The notes: generated by a model not told the origin, from the sequence alone. A DNA stretch of 64,000 nucleotides from Malacoraja senta (GCA_038087875.1 CM075989.1:18044001-18108000); one strand, 5' to 3'. Shown: positions 38,631 to 51,445, counted from the first letter of the stretch. Translations and numbers: made by a program.

Positions 38631-39537
38631 CTGTCGGTAAAACAGAAAGCAGTAATGAGCATATCTTTGTGGGTATAATTAAGTTTTCAATAAATACATT
38701 AATGATGTGGGTGTAGGTTTGGGGGCATTTCAGTGATCTGACACTAACAGGTACATAATCATACGTAGTGATGGATCAGAGAATTAGCCGTGTGTGGCAA
38801 TGAGTTCCACAGATTAACTACCCTCTGACTAATGAAGTTCCTCCTCACCTCCTTTCTAAAAGAGCGCCCTTTCATTCTGAGGCTGTGACCTCCGGACCTA
38901 GACTCTCCCCACCAGTGGAAACATCCTTTCCACATCCACTCTATCTATGCCTTTCATTACTCTGCAAGTTTCAATGAGGTCCCCCTCAACCTTCTAAGCT
39001 CCAGCGAGTACAGGCCCAGTGCTGCCAAGCGCTCATCATATGCAAACCCACTCATTCCTGGAATCGTTCTTGTAAACCTCCTCTGGACCCTCTCCAGAGC
39101 CAGCACATCCTTCCTCGGATATGGTGCCCAGATTTGCTGACATCTCCTTTCGAAAGGTACGTCATTTTATGCTGAGGCTGTGGCCTCTGGTCCTGGCCTC
39201 TCCACATTCACTCTATCCAGGCCTTTCACTATTTGGTTAGTTTCAATGAGGTGTCCCCTCATCCTTCTAAACTCCCTAAACTGAGTTCCCCAGTCCACTT
39301 TCTCATTTGAACTGCAATTCCTTCCTACTTGGTAACTTTTACTTAACTTTTTTCTTTTACTTTTTTCATCTTTCATGCTGGCATTTGAGCACCCTCCCAA
39401 GCCTCTACCCCCCCCCCCCCGCCCCCCTAATAAGGAGGGCCAGTCACAGAAATGAACAGTGTGAATATATTGGAGTTGAACTCGTCCAATTCTCTGTATA
39501 TGGGGGCAGATACACTAAAATATTCTGCTAATGTAAT

Positions 39538-39830
39538 TGTTCAGTTTAGTGTTAGAAGATACAGTGCAGAAACAGGCCCTTCGGCCCACCAAGTCCACGC
39601 CGACCTGCGATCCCGCACACTAACACTATCCTACACACACTGGGGACAATTTACAATTATACCAAGCCAATTAACCTACAAACCTGTACGTCTTTGGAGT
39701 GTGGGAGGAAAGTGGAGCAGCCGGAGAAAACCCACGGGGGAGAACGTACAAACTCCGTACAGTCAGGATTGAACCCGGGTCTCTGGCGCTGTAAAGGCAG
39801 CAACTCTACCGCTGCGCCACCGTGCCGCCC
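39538..39830 (-). mobile_element. HE1/V-SINE (minus strand)
   Basis: Full-length reverse copy. Others at ~14345-14651, 29097-29380, 38276-38531, 42975-43283, 43747-44037, 45475-45777, 50200-50442, 59085-59450 and 61478-61760. Confidence 0.8.
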
Positions 39831-40978
39831 CCCGTCTCATTTTTCATGCTGACATTTGAAACACCTCACCCAAAGGAGTGCCATTGACAGAGATGAACTG
39901 TGTGAATATATTGGAGTTTAACATGTCCAATTGTCCTCCATACATGGTGCACCTACACTAAAAATTTCTGTTAATTCTGCAAGTGGTGTGGTCTTAACAA
40001 TTCACTTCATTTTGTGATTTGAGTTGCTTACATTTTTCATATAGCATGTGATTCCCCCCCCCCCCCCCCCCTGAATTCGGACTCTTTTTATGTGGTTCAT
40101 TTAGGTCTTGAGAAGAGCATTAATGATCTTGGGTGCTACATAATCCATTATGCTGAGTGACCTATTGACAGTACTGTCACCCATCAGCTGCTCAGAAAAT
40201 CTCCAGATGAAAAAGTATTAAATGGACAGATTTAACTGGGCTGTGCACCCTCGATTCTAGCAAGAGCTTCACAGTCGATATTGATATTTTAGTTCCATTA
40301 GCTGACGCAGTTTTGCATTTATATGACTTTCAAATATGCTCAGTCGCTGCACTAAAAGAAAAATCAATTCCTGAAAGACGCAAGTGGAACATATGCTGAA
40401 AAAAGGCAACTTTCCCCGTTGAGTCTCTTGTCCTGTTTTCCTGCATGTTCTGCCGAATGTTTATACCGAAGATAGACACAGAGTGCTGGAGTCACTCAGA
40501 CTGAGACCCAGTCTGAAGAAGGGTTCCGACTCGAAACGTCACCCATCCTTTTTCTCCAGAGATGCTGCCCGACCCGCTGGGTTACTCCAGCACTCTGTGT
40601 CTATCTTGCTGCATATTCTACCTGCTTCTCTTGTTCGTAAAAGCCTCATTGTCAAACCTGCACAACACCTTTGTGCACAAACCTACACAAAAAGCTGGAG
40701 TAACTCAGCGGGACAGGCAGCATCTCTGGAGAGAAGGAATGGGTGACGTTTTGGGTGAGACTGTTTGTGTCTGAAGAAGGGTCTCGACCCAGAAAACGTC
40801 ACGTACTCCTTCTCTCCAGCGATGCAGCCCGTCCCGCTGAGTACTCCAGCGTTTTGTGTCTATCTTCGATTTAAACCAGCATTTGTAGGTCTACTGCTGA
40901 TCCATCAAAGAAAATTGAAAATGCATGCTGTTATCACAGACAGTTGAACCGCTGTTATAAAAGTTGAGAAACACTAAC

Positions 40979-41119
40979 TTTTTGCACGTGCCGTGATGTT
41001 CGCAGTGACTGAGAGGAACACGAATAACACAGCTGGAAAAGGCCACAAACAAGACGTGGTGATCTTTATCAAGCTGCAGACCCCGCACCTTCCTGTCATC
41101 TTCATTCGTAGAGCTACAC
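40979..41119 (-). CDS. SEMA6D: SEMA6D coding exon 13 (Sema end, PSI start)
   Basis: aaaacag|...|gttagt. CSSTNEDDRKVRGLQLDKDHHVLFVAFSSCVIRVPLSHCEHHGTCKK, 141 nt, intact. Confidence 0.94.
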
Positions 41120-42617
41120 CTGTTTTTGGTTCAAAACAAAGACTTGGTCAGGCCCCGCTGAGTGTAATCCAAATGCTTTAGGTAAGAACGCTTTATTCTG
41201 CATTATCAGAAAGAATGTGATCCCACATCTGGTAAGCTAAGCGGTTGCTTTAAATTGTCCCCTCAATTCCGAATAATTGAGGAAAATTACATTGCAGAGC
41301 AAAGTCTGTATATATTTCTCACGGGCATTGCCTCTATTACTGATGCACTCCTGTTTTCTTTAGCAACTTAAGACTGTAATGCAGAGTACAAGATTAATGT
41401 ATTAGGCAAAGTACCATTACTACCGAGTCACAGAGACATAGAGATTCATAGTCATACAGTGTGAAAACAGGCCCTTCAGCCCAACCTGCCCACACCAACC
41501 AACATTCCTCACCTACACTAGTCCCCACCTGCCTGTGTTTGGTCCAGATCCCTCCAAACCTATCCCATTCATGTGACAGTACCTAGTGCCTCACAAAGGT
41601 AATGTGTAGGAAAGAACTGCAGATGCTGGTTTAAATCGAAGATAGGCACAAAATGCTGGAGTAACTCAGCGGGACAGGCGGCATCTCTGGAGAGAAGGAA
41701 TGGGTGACGTTTCGGATCGAGACCCCTCTTCAGACTGATGCTGTCCAAAGTGTCCTGAAGAAAGGTCTCGACCCAAAACGTCACCCATTCCTTCTCTCCA
41801 GAGATGCCGCCTGTCCCACGGAGTTACTCCAGCAGTTTGTGCCTAAACAAAAGTATTTTGTTTGAATTAAAGAAGAAACTGACTGAAGATACAACGCCAT
41901 TTTGGAGGCATCCTCAGTTAGAATATTCATACACAGCATACCATATTAAGTTGCCTCAATCATCGACCGGAGGCCCAGAACAACAAAGTGTCATAGAAGC
42001 CCTTCAGCATTGCAGCTTGGGGTACAGGTAGCCACACTGGGTGAAGGCAAACCACAGGCACATGTAATAGCCACTGGCTTAATACAGATCGAGCACTACT
42101 GTAGTGGTGTTGGAAGTCAGCCAAGTTTTCATACTGGATAAACAATAGGTGCAGGAGTAGGCTATTCGGCCCTTTGAGCCAGCACCGCCATTCAATGTGA
42201 TCATGGCTGATCATCCCCAATCAGTACCCCATTCCTGCCTTCTCCCCATATCCCCTGACTCCACTATTTTTAAGAGCCCTATCTAGCTCTCTCTTAAATT
42301 CATTTCTTGACTTGCCAATGGCATGATAACTTAGACATTATGGGCAAGAGCGTTTGGAATAAATAATCACTATAAAATCCGTGTTATTTAAATAAAAACA
42401 TTCTTAATTAGTTTTTCCCACATCTCTCCGAATTCCTTGAATTAATTCTACAGACGTTCTGCAGAAGGTTAGAAGTTTAGAGGAATATGAAGTTTAGAGG
42501 CAAGTGGGACTAGTGTGGATGGGACGTGTTGGCCGGTGTGGGCAAGTGGGCCGGTGTGGGGCCAGTTTCCACGCTGTAAGACTCTGTGACTAAATGGAGT
42601 TAGGAACGTTTACCTAC

Positions 42618-42792
42618 TTTAATGGGTTAAAGACATCCATTTCCTCCAGGAGTAAGCTGTCGTTGAGGGAACTTGTACTGGTTTTGGTCAGCACCTTGAG
42701 CAGATGCCCGCTTCCGAACCAATGAAGATGATGGTGTAGTTCTGATGTGGGCCGGCGGCGGTTGTCGATGGCAACGGCAGTCAGCCGGTAAC
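42618..42792 (-). CDS. SEMA6D: SEMA6D coding exon 12 (three indels)
   Basis: tgtgcag|...|gtaggt. YRLTAVAIDN/AAGPHQNYTIIFIGSE/GHLLKVLTKTSTSSLNDSLLLEEMDVFNPLK, 175 nt vs 174. Confidence 0.92.
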
Positions 42793-42870
42793 CTGCACAG
42801 GTAGAAAGGTCAGTGTGAGCGGCAGCAGGGCACATCTCAGGTGGGAAGTTCACACCTGCTCTTATTACTT

Positions 42871-42906
42871 CAGTCTGAAGAAGGGTCTCGACCCGAAACG
42901 TCACCC
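42871..42906 (+). ncRNA. Minimal type-I hammerhead-like motif (best-preserved copy)
   Basis: gt-CUGAAGA-a-GGGUC-uc-GACCC-GAAA-C-GUC-ac. Helix I is only ~2 bp, so activity is uncertain. Confidence 0.5.
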
Positions 42907-43303
42907 TTTCCTTCTAACCAGTGACGCTGCCTGTACCCCGGGTTGCTCCAGCATTTTGTGTCTATCTTACTGTAGTTCAGTTTTGTTTAGAGATACAGCG
43001 CGGAAACGGGCCCTTCGGCCCACCGAGTCCGCGCCGGCCAGCGATCCCCACATATCAGCACTACCCTACACACACTAGGACATTTTTACAGTTTACACCA
43101 AGCCAATTAACCTACAAACCTGTACGTCTTTGGAGGGTGGGAGGAAACCGAAGATCTCGGAGAAAACCCACGAAGTGAACGTGCAAACTCCGTACAGACA
43201 GCACCGATAGTCATGTTTGAACCCGGTTCTACGACGCTGCAAATGCCGTGAGGCAAGAAGTCTACCGATGCGCCACCGTGCCACTTGGTCTCCCATGTCC
43301 TAC

Positions 43304-43459
43304 CTGACACGTGTCTTGGTGAACCAGGGCTCCTCGATGAGTGAGGGGACGGCAGAGTCCATCAGGGGGTGGGATTTGATGAAGGAGAGCGTTTCATCGG
43401 GGAAATCAATGGAGGTTTTGTAAGATTCTGCCGGTGAATGTCCCGCACAGCAACCAGGC
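43304..43459 (-). CDS. SEMA6D: SEMA6D coding exon 11
   Basis: tttacag|...|gtagga. PGCCAGHSPAESYKTSIDFPDETLSFIKSHPLMDSAVPSLIEEPWFTKTRVR, 156 nt, intact. Confidence 0.95.
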
Positions 43460-44257
43460 CTGTAAAAGAACACCATAGTTGAACTAAAGCTGCTTCACAA
43501 CACTAAATTTAGGCCCTTCGATTTTCCAGCATCTGCAGTTCCTTCTTTAACACTAAATTTAGGCTTGTGTTTAATTATTCTCACATGTACCGGGATACAG
43601 TGAAAACAATTGTTTTTTGCCTGCTATTCAAACACATCAGATAACACCATACAAAAATTACAATCAAATCAAACTCAAATACAATAGAAAGTTAAAAGGG
43701 GAAGATACAGAGTGCAGTATGTATTTCTCAGCATTGTAGCACATCCGTTTGGTTTAGAGGCATAGTGCGGAAACAGGCCCTTCGGCCCAAAGAGTCAGTG
43801 CTGCCCCGTAGACTAGAACTATCCTACATTCCAGGGGACAATTTACAATTTTTACCAATGCCAATTAACCTGCAAACCTGTACGTCTTTGGAATGTGGGA
43901 GGAAAGTCCCGGTGGCACTGGGGGAAACCCCACGCGGTCACCGGGAGAATGTACAAACTCCGTACGGGCAGCACCCTGTGTCATGAACAACCCAGGTCGC
44001 TGAGCTGTAAGGCAGCAATTCTACCACTGCGCCACCACGAAGTACAGAAGACAAAGTCCAATGTCTGCAATGGGGTAGATGTGAATCGAACAGTATCCTA
44101 GCTGTGGCAGCACTATTCAGATGCCTGATAACAGAGGGAAAGAAGCTGTTGCTAAGTCTGTTGGTGGGTGCTTTAAAGCTCCTGTACCTTTAAGAGCACC
44201 TTGAAATAGTTACACATCGGGGAACGAGCTTTAACACTGCTCGCACGAGGACAGTAC

Positions 44258-44390
44258 CTTGGCTTTGGTATCCTGTCTTCTGGAACTGCAGTCCAAACAG
44301 AGTCAGGGGTCTTTTGCTCCTTAAACCTGCCCTTGAACGATTTTTTCGATGTCATCCATATTAAAGGCACACACCGCTGAGCCAGGGATA
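44258..44390 (-). CDS. SEMA6D: SEMA6D coding exon 10 (+1 indel)
   Basis: cctttag|...|gtactg. IPGSAVCAFNMDDIEK/SFKGRFKEQKTPDSVWTAVPEDRIPKPR, 133 nt vs 132. Confidence 0.94.
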
Positions 44391-45959
44391 CTAAAGGGAG
44401 TGAAAGAATATTGCCATAAAAATCATTTCCTCCATCTGAATGCAGATGAATAAAGAGCAGAGTGGAGCACTGAAAAAAAACCCACTTTGCATTGGAGAAT
44501 AAGCTCAAACTTTAAACAGCTGAAGCCCATGCCGAATCCCCGCCACTTCTGATTTAATGGAGCCAAGCAAGAGTTTGGGTAGTCAACCTCTTCCCAGCAC
44601 ACAAGATGGCATTTTCACCATTTTAATTAAACAGGCAACCTCGGGTTTAAGTAAAACACTAAGTGCCGGAGGAACTCAGCAGGCCAGGCAGCATCTGCGG
44701 AGGGAATTTGAGGAGACGATATTTCTGGCTGGGACTCTTCTTCAGACTGATGGAGGTAATGGGGAGAAAGAGTGCTGGGGATGGGGCAATGCATGGCAAG
44801 TGATAGGTGGATACAGGTGGGGGCGGGGGGTGGGTGGGTGGGAAGTAAGTGACAAAGGCTAGAGGTGAAAGGGAGTCAAAAAGGTGCCAGATGAGAAGAG
44901 GAGTGAAATGTCAAGTCAAGAGTGTTTTATTGTCATATGTCCCAGATAGAACAATGAAATTCCTACTTGCTGCAGCACAACAGAATAGAGCCAGAGGGAG
45001 GGGAAAGGAACAGGGTGATTGGGGTGGTGGGAGAAATGGCAGCACATTCAATATACCCACCATCCTCTGGGTGAAAATGTCATCCCTCAGGTTCCAATTA
45101 CATCTTTCCCCTCTCACCTTAAACCCATATCCTCTGGTTCCCGACTCCCGTACCCTGAGTAGTAGACCATGCATTCACCCTATGAATTTTCCTCATGATG
45201 TTATACACCTCCATAAGATCACCCCTCAGCTTCCAGTTCTCCAAGGAATAAAGTCCTAGCCTGCCCAATCTCTCCCTGTGGCTCAGGTCCTTGAGTCCTG
45301 GCATCATCCTCGTAAATCTTCTCTGCACTCTTTCCAGCTTCACGACATCCTTCCCATAGCAGGGTGACCAAAACGGAACTCAATGCTCCGAATGCTGCCT
45401 CACCAACGTTAAGTACTAAAGATGCACCTAATGGACTTCAAATGTCACAGGACCCGGGGTAAACACCCTTCAGTTTAATTTGGAAATACAGTATGGAACG
45501 AGGCCCAGACCACCGTGTCTTGCCGACCAGCAAATCCCCGACCACTGACACTATCCTGGTGCACTAGGGGACCATTTACAATTTTACCGAAGCCAATTAG
45601 CCCACAAACCTGTACGTCTTTGAAGTGTGGAAGGAAACCGGAGCACCCGGAAAACCCCCCCACGCAGGTCACGGGAGTGAACGTACAAACTGCGCACAGA
45701 CAGCACCCGTAGTAAGGATCAAACCCGGGTCTCTGGCGTTGCAAGACAGCACCTCTTGCCGCTGCGCCACCGTGCCGATCCACCGTCTATAAACCTCCCA
45801 CTTGGACTAAATGGGGCTAGCATAGATGGGGCATCTTGGTCGGCAGCTTCGTTGGGCCGAAGAGCCCGTATCCGTATGAAAACAGGGCGACTCCACAAGC
45901 TGTTGACGCAAAGGCTCAGGAAATCCGTACTCTCCATTGCACTTTACTCCATTCCTCAC

Positions 45960-46178
45960 CTGTTGAGTTGCGTTGTGAATACACCGATAACCGTCGGGTA
46001 CCCGTTGATTTGTATAATGTCCGTGACAGACTGCAACACATCAAAGTAGAAGAACGAATCTCCGGGAACGGAGCAGTTTAATCGAGCTTTTAGGAATGAC
46101 GTCCAGTGCTTTTCCAACACCCTCTGCGATCCTCCCTACGTCATTCTTACAAATTCTCGCCACACGAGAATAAACAGC
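45960..46178 (-). CDS. SEMA6D: SEMA6D coding exon 9 (+1 indel)
   Basis: cacccag|...|gtgagg. [72 protein letters not shown], 219 nt vs 218. Confidence 0.95.
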
Positions 46179-46326
46179 CTGGGTGGGAAGAAATACAAAC
46201 ACACAATAAAGCACGCCCCACTGTATTAACAATAAAGTCAATTTATTAAAAAATTGATGCAGGCACCAACTGTAAACAATGCTATTTTCAGAGATCAGAA
46301 TTTTTCATGGGTATCTGCATAAGCAT

Positions 46327-46357
<31 letters not shown>

Positions 46358-46883
46358 CCACCCGCCACATCTGGTCAATGGACAGAAAGTGCGTTAATTT
46401 ACCATGAGTAATTAGTTTAATAATTTACAGTGGCAAATCTATGTGGGGTTGCAAGTAACATGAACAGCATTAGTGCACTAAAATATTTATTAGTCTGAGC
46501 CTTTAGAGAGCAGAGTAATTTCGAGAAATCCTTCTGCAAAATTGATTATTATGTCTGAAAATCTTGGATTTCCACTTATAGTGCAAATGTATAGGAACAG
46601 AGCATGCAAGGAAACTGAACGTCAATCGCTATTAAGATGCTCACTCCCCCGAATGTTGATTCGTATTTCGTCAGAAGGAAATATCTGTCGATTTATCACC
46701 TTCCCACTCTTTCTAAATGTGCAATTCAGTTTAGTCATTATAATTATTCATAAGACAAGGTTGCCATATGTTTATGGAGAGTGCAGATATAAATTTAGGA
46801 TTCCGTTTGCTTAAACAAAATTCATTAACATGCTTAATGCTTATTTGTGACTGTGCGGTGAGATGCCTCAAAGAGTTACTCGC

Positions 46884-46971
46884 CTTTCCAAGGTTGTTGT
46901 GTTCAACAGCTATTTCTCTAAAGAAGAAATAGACAAATTTCCATATTCAACAGCATGTAGGAAGTGTGGCT
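46884..46971 (-). CDS. SEMA6D: SEMA6D coding exon 8 (-1 indel; GC donor)
   Basis: tttacag|...AAG|gcgagt. EPHFLHAVEYGN/VYFFFREIAVEHNNLGK, 88 nt vs 89. Confidence 0.9.
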
Positions 46972-47106
46972 CTGTAAAATATTAAGCACAAATTTAGACT
47001 TCTGTCATTTGCAGCTGTACAAGAACTCTACCTTGCTCAAGCATTTAGACATTACCAACCATGTGCTTTAATGCCAAGGAGCAACCATCTAGATTAAAGA
47101 CAAGAA

Positions 47107-47712
47107 ATTGTGAATGTAGGAATCTTGAGCTGGAGGTACTCAGTGGTTCAGGCAGTATCTGTGGAGGAGATGGATAAGGTTCTGATCAGAAATCCTTATA
47201 CTTGGAGTGGGGGGGGGGAAGAGGAAGCTGGAAAAGAGAGGTGGGGGCAGGACAAAGGCCTGGCAAGTGATAGGTGGATACAGGTGGGAAGGGTGATTGC
47301 AGATGGGTGGATCAGGTGACAAAGGCTAGAGGTGAAATGGGGGAAAAAAGATGTCAGATAAGTAAAGAGGAGGGGGGGGGGGATGTAAAGCCCAAGGGAT
47401 GGATGGGTGAAGGAAGACTTGGGAGAGGGGGGAAGAAGAGAGGATAAAAAAGAAATGTGACATTCAGGGACAGGAGATGAGCATACAGAGACAAAAGGAG
47501 TAAGGTGATGGGAGAGGGATGCCACCCCAACCCTCTTTTCCATTTGGGGAGGCTCTACTTGAAATTGGAGAATTTAATGTTCACACTGTTGGTTGTAAGC
47601 TACCCAAGAGGAATATGAGGTGCTGTTCCTCCAGTTTACTCGTGGGCTTCACTCTGGCAATGGATGAGGCCCAGGACAGTGAGGTCAGTATGGAAATGGG
47701 AAGGGGAGTTAA
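47107..47712 (-). mobile_element. Penelope-like element 3' fragment (GIY-YIG endonuclease C-terminus and 3' region)
   Basis: Frameshifted minus-strand translation FNSPSHFHTDLTVLGLIHCQSEA...KLEEQHLIFLLGSLQP..NIKFSNF resembles Penelope ORF ends. It is followed by a pyrimidine-rich tract and the terminal repeat motif. Confidence 0.72.
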
Positions 47713-47783
47713 AATAGATTGCAGCTGGGTAATAAGTTTATATTTGCTATGGTCTCGAACATATGTCCGAATTATTACATTAC

Positions 47784-47904
47784 CTTTGATCCATTTTGAG
47801 TCATATTTTATCGTTCGCAGAGCTGAGCCATCACCCATGCTGCGATAGATGACTGCATCGCTGGCCTAGGAAATCTGCAACTGTTGCCGAGTACAACTTG
47901 TTGT
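47784..47904 (-). CDS. SEMA6D: SEMA6D coding exon 7 (+1 indel)
   Basis: attccag|...|gtaatg. DNKLYSATVADFL/ASDAVIYRSMGDGSALRTIKYDSKWIK, 121 nt vs 120. Confidence 0.94.
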
Positions 47905-48055
47905 CTGGAATTTTATAAACGAGAAAGAATAGTTTAATTCATTTTTTAATTCACTGCAGAGTTTTCTTCATCTAGGCTATTCAAGTTTCTCTTGGGAATT
48001 CCTCACGAATAAAACTTTAGATCTTGATAATGTTACTGTAGGTACCAGCGTAATA

Positions 48056-48425
48056 CAGTAAACCCTCGTTTCTACAAACCTCTTTATAACGGACTTCTGT
48101 TATATGGACGGTCTTTTACGAACACAGGCTGCTAGATACACTGCGGAGGCTATTAAAATTGACAAGACATTGCAATCTAATTGCAATGCCTTGTCAATGC
48201 AATGCCTTGTCAATGTAACAGACAGCTTTTGGTATTTTTTTAGCTTGCAGTAACAAAAATAAATTTTTAGCTGTTATAAAAATTAACTTTTATTGAAAAC
48301 AACTCGCTGTTTCACGGAGTGACTGCTAGGTAGTTGGAGCGAATCCCTTACTTGGTTATAGAGGACTATCAGCAATAACGGACACCATTCCCCTCCGTAT
48401 GGTCCATCATAACGAGGGTTTACTG
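48056..48425. mobile_element. Tc1/mariner (Tigger/pogo-like) MITE
   Basis: TIR cagtaaaccctcgtt/aacgagggtttactg, TA on the left flank, internal hairpin attgacaagacattgcaat...attgcaatgccttgtcaat. Confidence 0.65.
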
Positions 48426-48674
48426 GGTATCTCTATGTTTACAAGGATTCCTAATCTGGGGATCTTCTAACTTTCCTTGATGAGTGAAGACCACCTCATC
48501 TGACCAAGTCTACGGGCCAGCTCATTTGATGGTTTTCCCACCACGTTCCACACTGAATAGATTATCCAGCACTGGTGCTGCACTCGCTGAACCATGTTAC
48601 TTTACGTTTCCAACTTGTTTTGCTGCAACATACATCAAAACTCATTTAGAACTTATTGCTGATGAATATCTTAC

Positions 48675-48763
48675 AGCAAAGAGGGCACGTTGGTTTGCTT
48701 GGCATCAAACGGGCATCGTGCCAAACCACTGACTTCTTCGCCATTATGATCCAAAGTATCCAA
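48675..48763 (-). CDS. SEMA6D: SEMA6D coding exon 6 (two -1 indels)
   Basis: tatgcag|...|gtaaga. LDTLDHNGEEVSGLARCPFDAKQTNV/ALFA, 89 nt vs 91. Confidence 0.9.
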
Positions 48764-49336
48764 CTGCATAAACTGAAGATAAATTGTACCTCGGTGAGAG
48801 CATTGTTCAGTTCGACAGCTGGGAAGCAGAATCACTTTATGCAGCTATAATTCATTACTATGGATGTATTCTAGTGTGTGCTCTGCTCTGAGATTACCAT
48901 TACCCTTTGCAAACTATTTAGTATGGCAACAAAAACAGAATCTTTGAAATGATTTATTAATTATTTTTTTAATTCAGCTCATTTCTCATCTCTTTCTGAC
49001 CAGAACAATTTTTCAGAAAAGGGATTCAAGTGAGAAACTGTGGCCGTTCCTTACAGACGTGTACTTTGCATAAAATTTGCAGTTGTGCAATGCAAAGGTT
49101 CCGTTTTTCTGCCTCTTTAATGGCAGCGTTACGTCACCCAGAGCTGCTCTCTGCACTTGGCCAGATTTTATTAATTGCAGCATTAACATCTGTGTTTCTA
49201 CTGAAATTATTGAACACAGCCCACAGGCTTGCTGGAAACTAAACAAGAAAATTGGGTGTATTCAGTCAGAGGAGGAATTGATTATGCTGCAAAGATTACA
49301 TTTTTAAATGAAAAAAAAATCCCCATCCTTACTTAC

Positions 49337-49439
49337 CCGATAATATCTGCATATGGGGTTAAAAGCATTTGTCCCACAGACAAAAACAGTCTCATCAGTT
49401 TGGGGCACAAACACTTTTGATGAAGTTATGGCATTCTTC
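49337..49439 (-). CDS. SEMA6D: SEMA6D coding exon 5 (+1 indel)
   Basis: ccattag|...|gtaagt. EECHNFIK/VFVPQTDETVFVCGTNAFNPICRYYR (Sema motif CGTNAFNP), 103 nt vs 102. Confidence 0.94.
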
Positions 49440-50482
49440 CTAATGGAAATGAAATACAAGAGAAAAGAAATGTAATTAGATAGATGCAACATCTCTGATT
49501 TTAATCGAGTTAATCAATTGAATCTGTGATAACAGATGAGGCCAGTTGTGCTTGGATGGATACAGCACCGTTCAGATAAATCAATGGTTGTCCCAGCTAT
49601 GGAATACCAAATACATTATACTCACTCATTCCATATACACATCAGCGAAAACTCTCTCACACATGCCAATATTTACTTTAATCAATAGCTCCACTTCACT
49701 TAATGCATGTGTATGCCCATGCTGTAGTGGAGATCCTGATCTCAGCTGTGCTTGATAAATCAATTCCTGATTAGAGCATATTTGATTTGTTTAGTTTACA
49801 GATACCGCATGAAATAGGGCCTTTGGTCATCTAATCCTTGCCGACCATCGATCACCCATTTTTATGAGATAGGAGCAGAATGAGGCCATTCGGCCCCATC
49901 ATGGCTTTCCCTCTCAACACCAATCTCTGCCTTTTCCCCATAACCCTTGACATCCTTACTAATCAAGAATCTTTCAATTTCCGCCTTACGGCCTCCACAG
50001 CCCGTCTGTGGCAATGAAATCCATGGATTCACCACCTTCTGACTAAAGAAGATCCCTCCTCATCTATTTCTAAAGCTACGTCCATTTATTCTGAGGTTAT
50101 GCCCTCGGGTCGTAGACTCTCCACTAGTGGAAACATTCCTCTCCACATCCACTCTATCCAGGCCCTTTCACTATTCGGTAAGTTTCAACGAAGGAGTTCA
50201 CACTAGTTCTCCGTTATCCCACTTTCACACTATTCCTTACACACTAGGGGCAATTACGGAGGCCAATCAACCTACAAACCCGCAACGTCTTTGCTTGTGG
50301 AGGAAACCGGAGCACCCAGAGGTAACCCGCGCGTCACAGGGAGAACGTGCAAACTCCACACAGACAGCACCCGTGGTCTGGATTCGAACCGGGGTCTCCG
50401 ACACAGTGGGGGCAGCGGCACTACCACCTGCGCCACTGCGCTGCTCTACCGCGACTGACACAAGCAAAGTCACAATACTTAC

Positions 50483-50544
50483 TTTATGCTTGCCTTTCAT
50501 GGCACAGTTACTCCTGTCTTGCTGTCGTGCTTCCAGGTTAATTT
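50483..50544 (-). CDS. SEMA6D: SEMA6D coding exon 4 (-1 indel)
   Basis: ccaacag|...|gtaagt. KLTWK/ARQQDRSNCAMKGKHK, 62 nt vs 63 expected. Confidence 0.92.
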
Positions 50545-51228
50545 CTGTTGGGATGTGGAACAGAAGTTGAATTTACTGCCGACTATATTCAGCAATCAGC
50601 CAAAAATCTAATAATTGCAACATTATGGTGGATCATAAAATGGATTTCATTTAAATATTCTGATGTTACAACTTACAAGCACAAGTCAACCGGTGCCAAT
50701 ATAGCAGGACTGCCAAGATGTAGAAGTATTTCAGTCGAATATAGACACAAAATGCTGGAGTAACTCAGTGGGTCAGGCAAGCATCTTCTGACAAAAATGA
50801 ATAGGTGATGTTTCTGGGTCGAGACCCTTCTTCAGACTCTATCCTTCCTTGGTAATCAGTGCAGGCTCTTATCTGTTCTGTACCTTTTATTACCTCTAGT
50901 TTCCCTCTCTATTGACTCTCAGTCTGAAGAAGGGTCTCAACCCGAAACCTTACCATTCCTTTCTCCAGAGATGCTGCCTGACACTCAGCAGGTCGGGCAG
51001 CATCTTCTGCAGTACCCAGGCCCGCAGCAGTTCCTTCCTACGCATTTCAGTGGAATTCGGTCGATTATCAGCAACCGATTTAAATCCATCGACGTTAACA
51101 CTGGTGAAATGCGCTGGACTTGTGTTCAACTGGGAGTATTCCACACACTCTGCCACACAGTCATGTCCTCGTGTGACCTCAGCTGCCTGCTTCAGGTGAA
51201 TACTCAAGTCAGACGGAGGACCCTGTTA

Positions 51229-51445
51229 AGGGCCCTGTCCCACTTCACGACCTAAATCACGACCTCTGCCCAGTTTGCCCTTGACTCATACTCGCAGCAT
51301 GGCCGTCACGAGGCGCAGGTAGGTCGTGATGCTAGTCGTACGTACTCGTGGCATCATGTAGGTGCGGGGCGTTTTTTTCTAGCCTGATGAAAATGTCCAC
51401 GAGTAAAAAGGTCGTGAATTAGGTCGTGAAAGTGGGACAGGCCCT
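51229..51445. mobile_element. PIF/Harbinger-like MITE, family A (second copy)
   Basis: Near-identical to 1009-1237, with TTA TSD. Confidence 0.8.
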
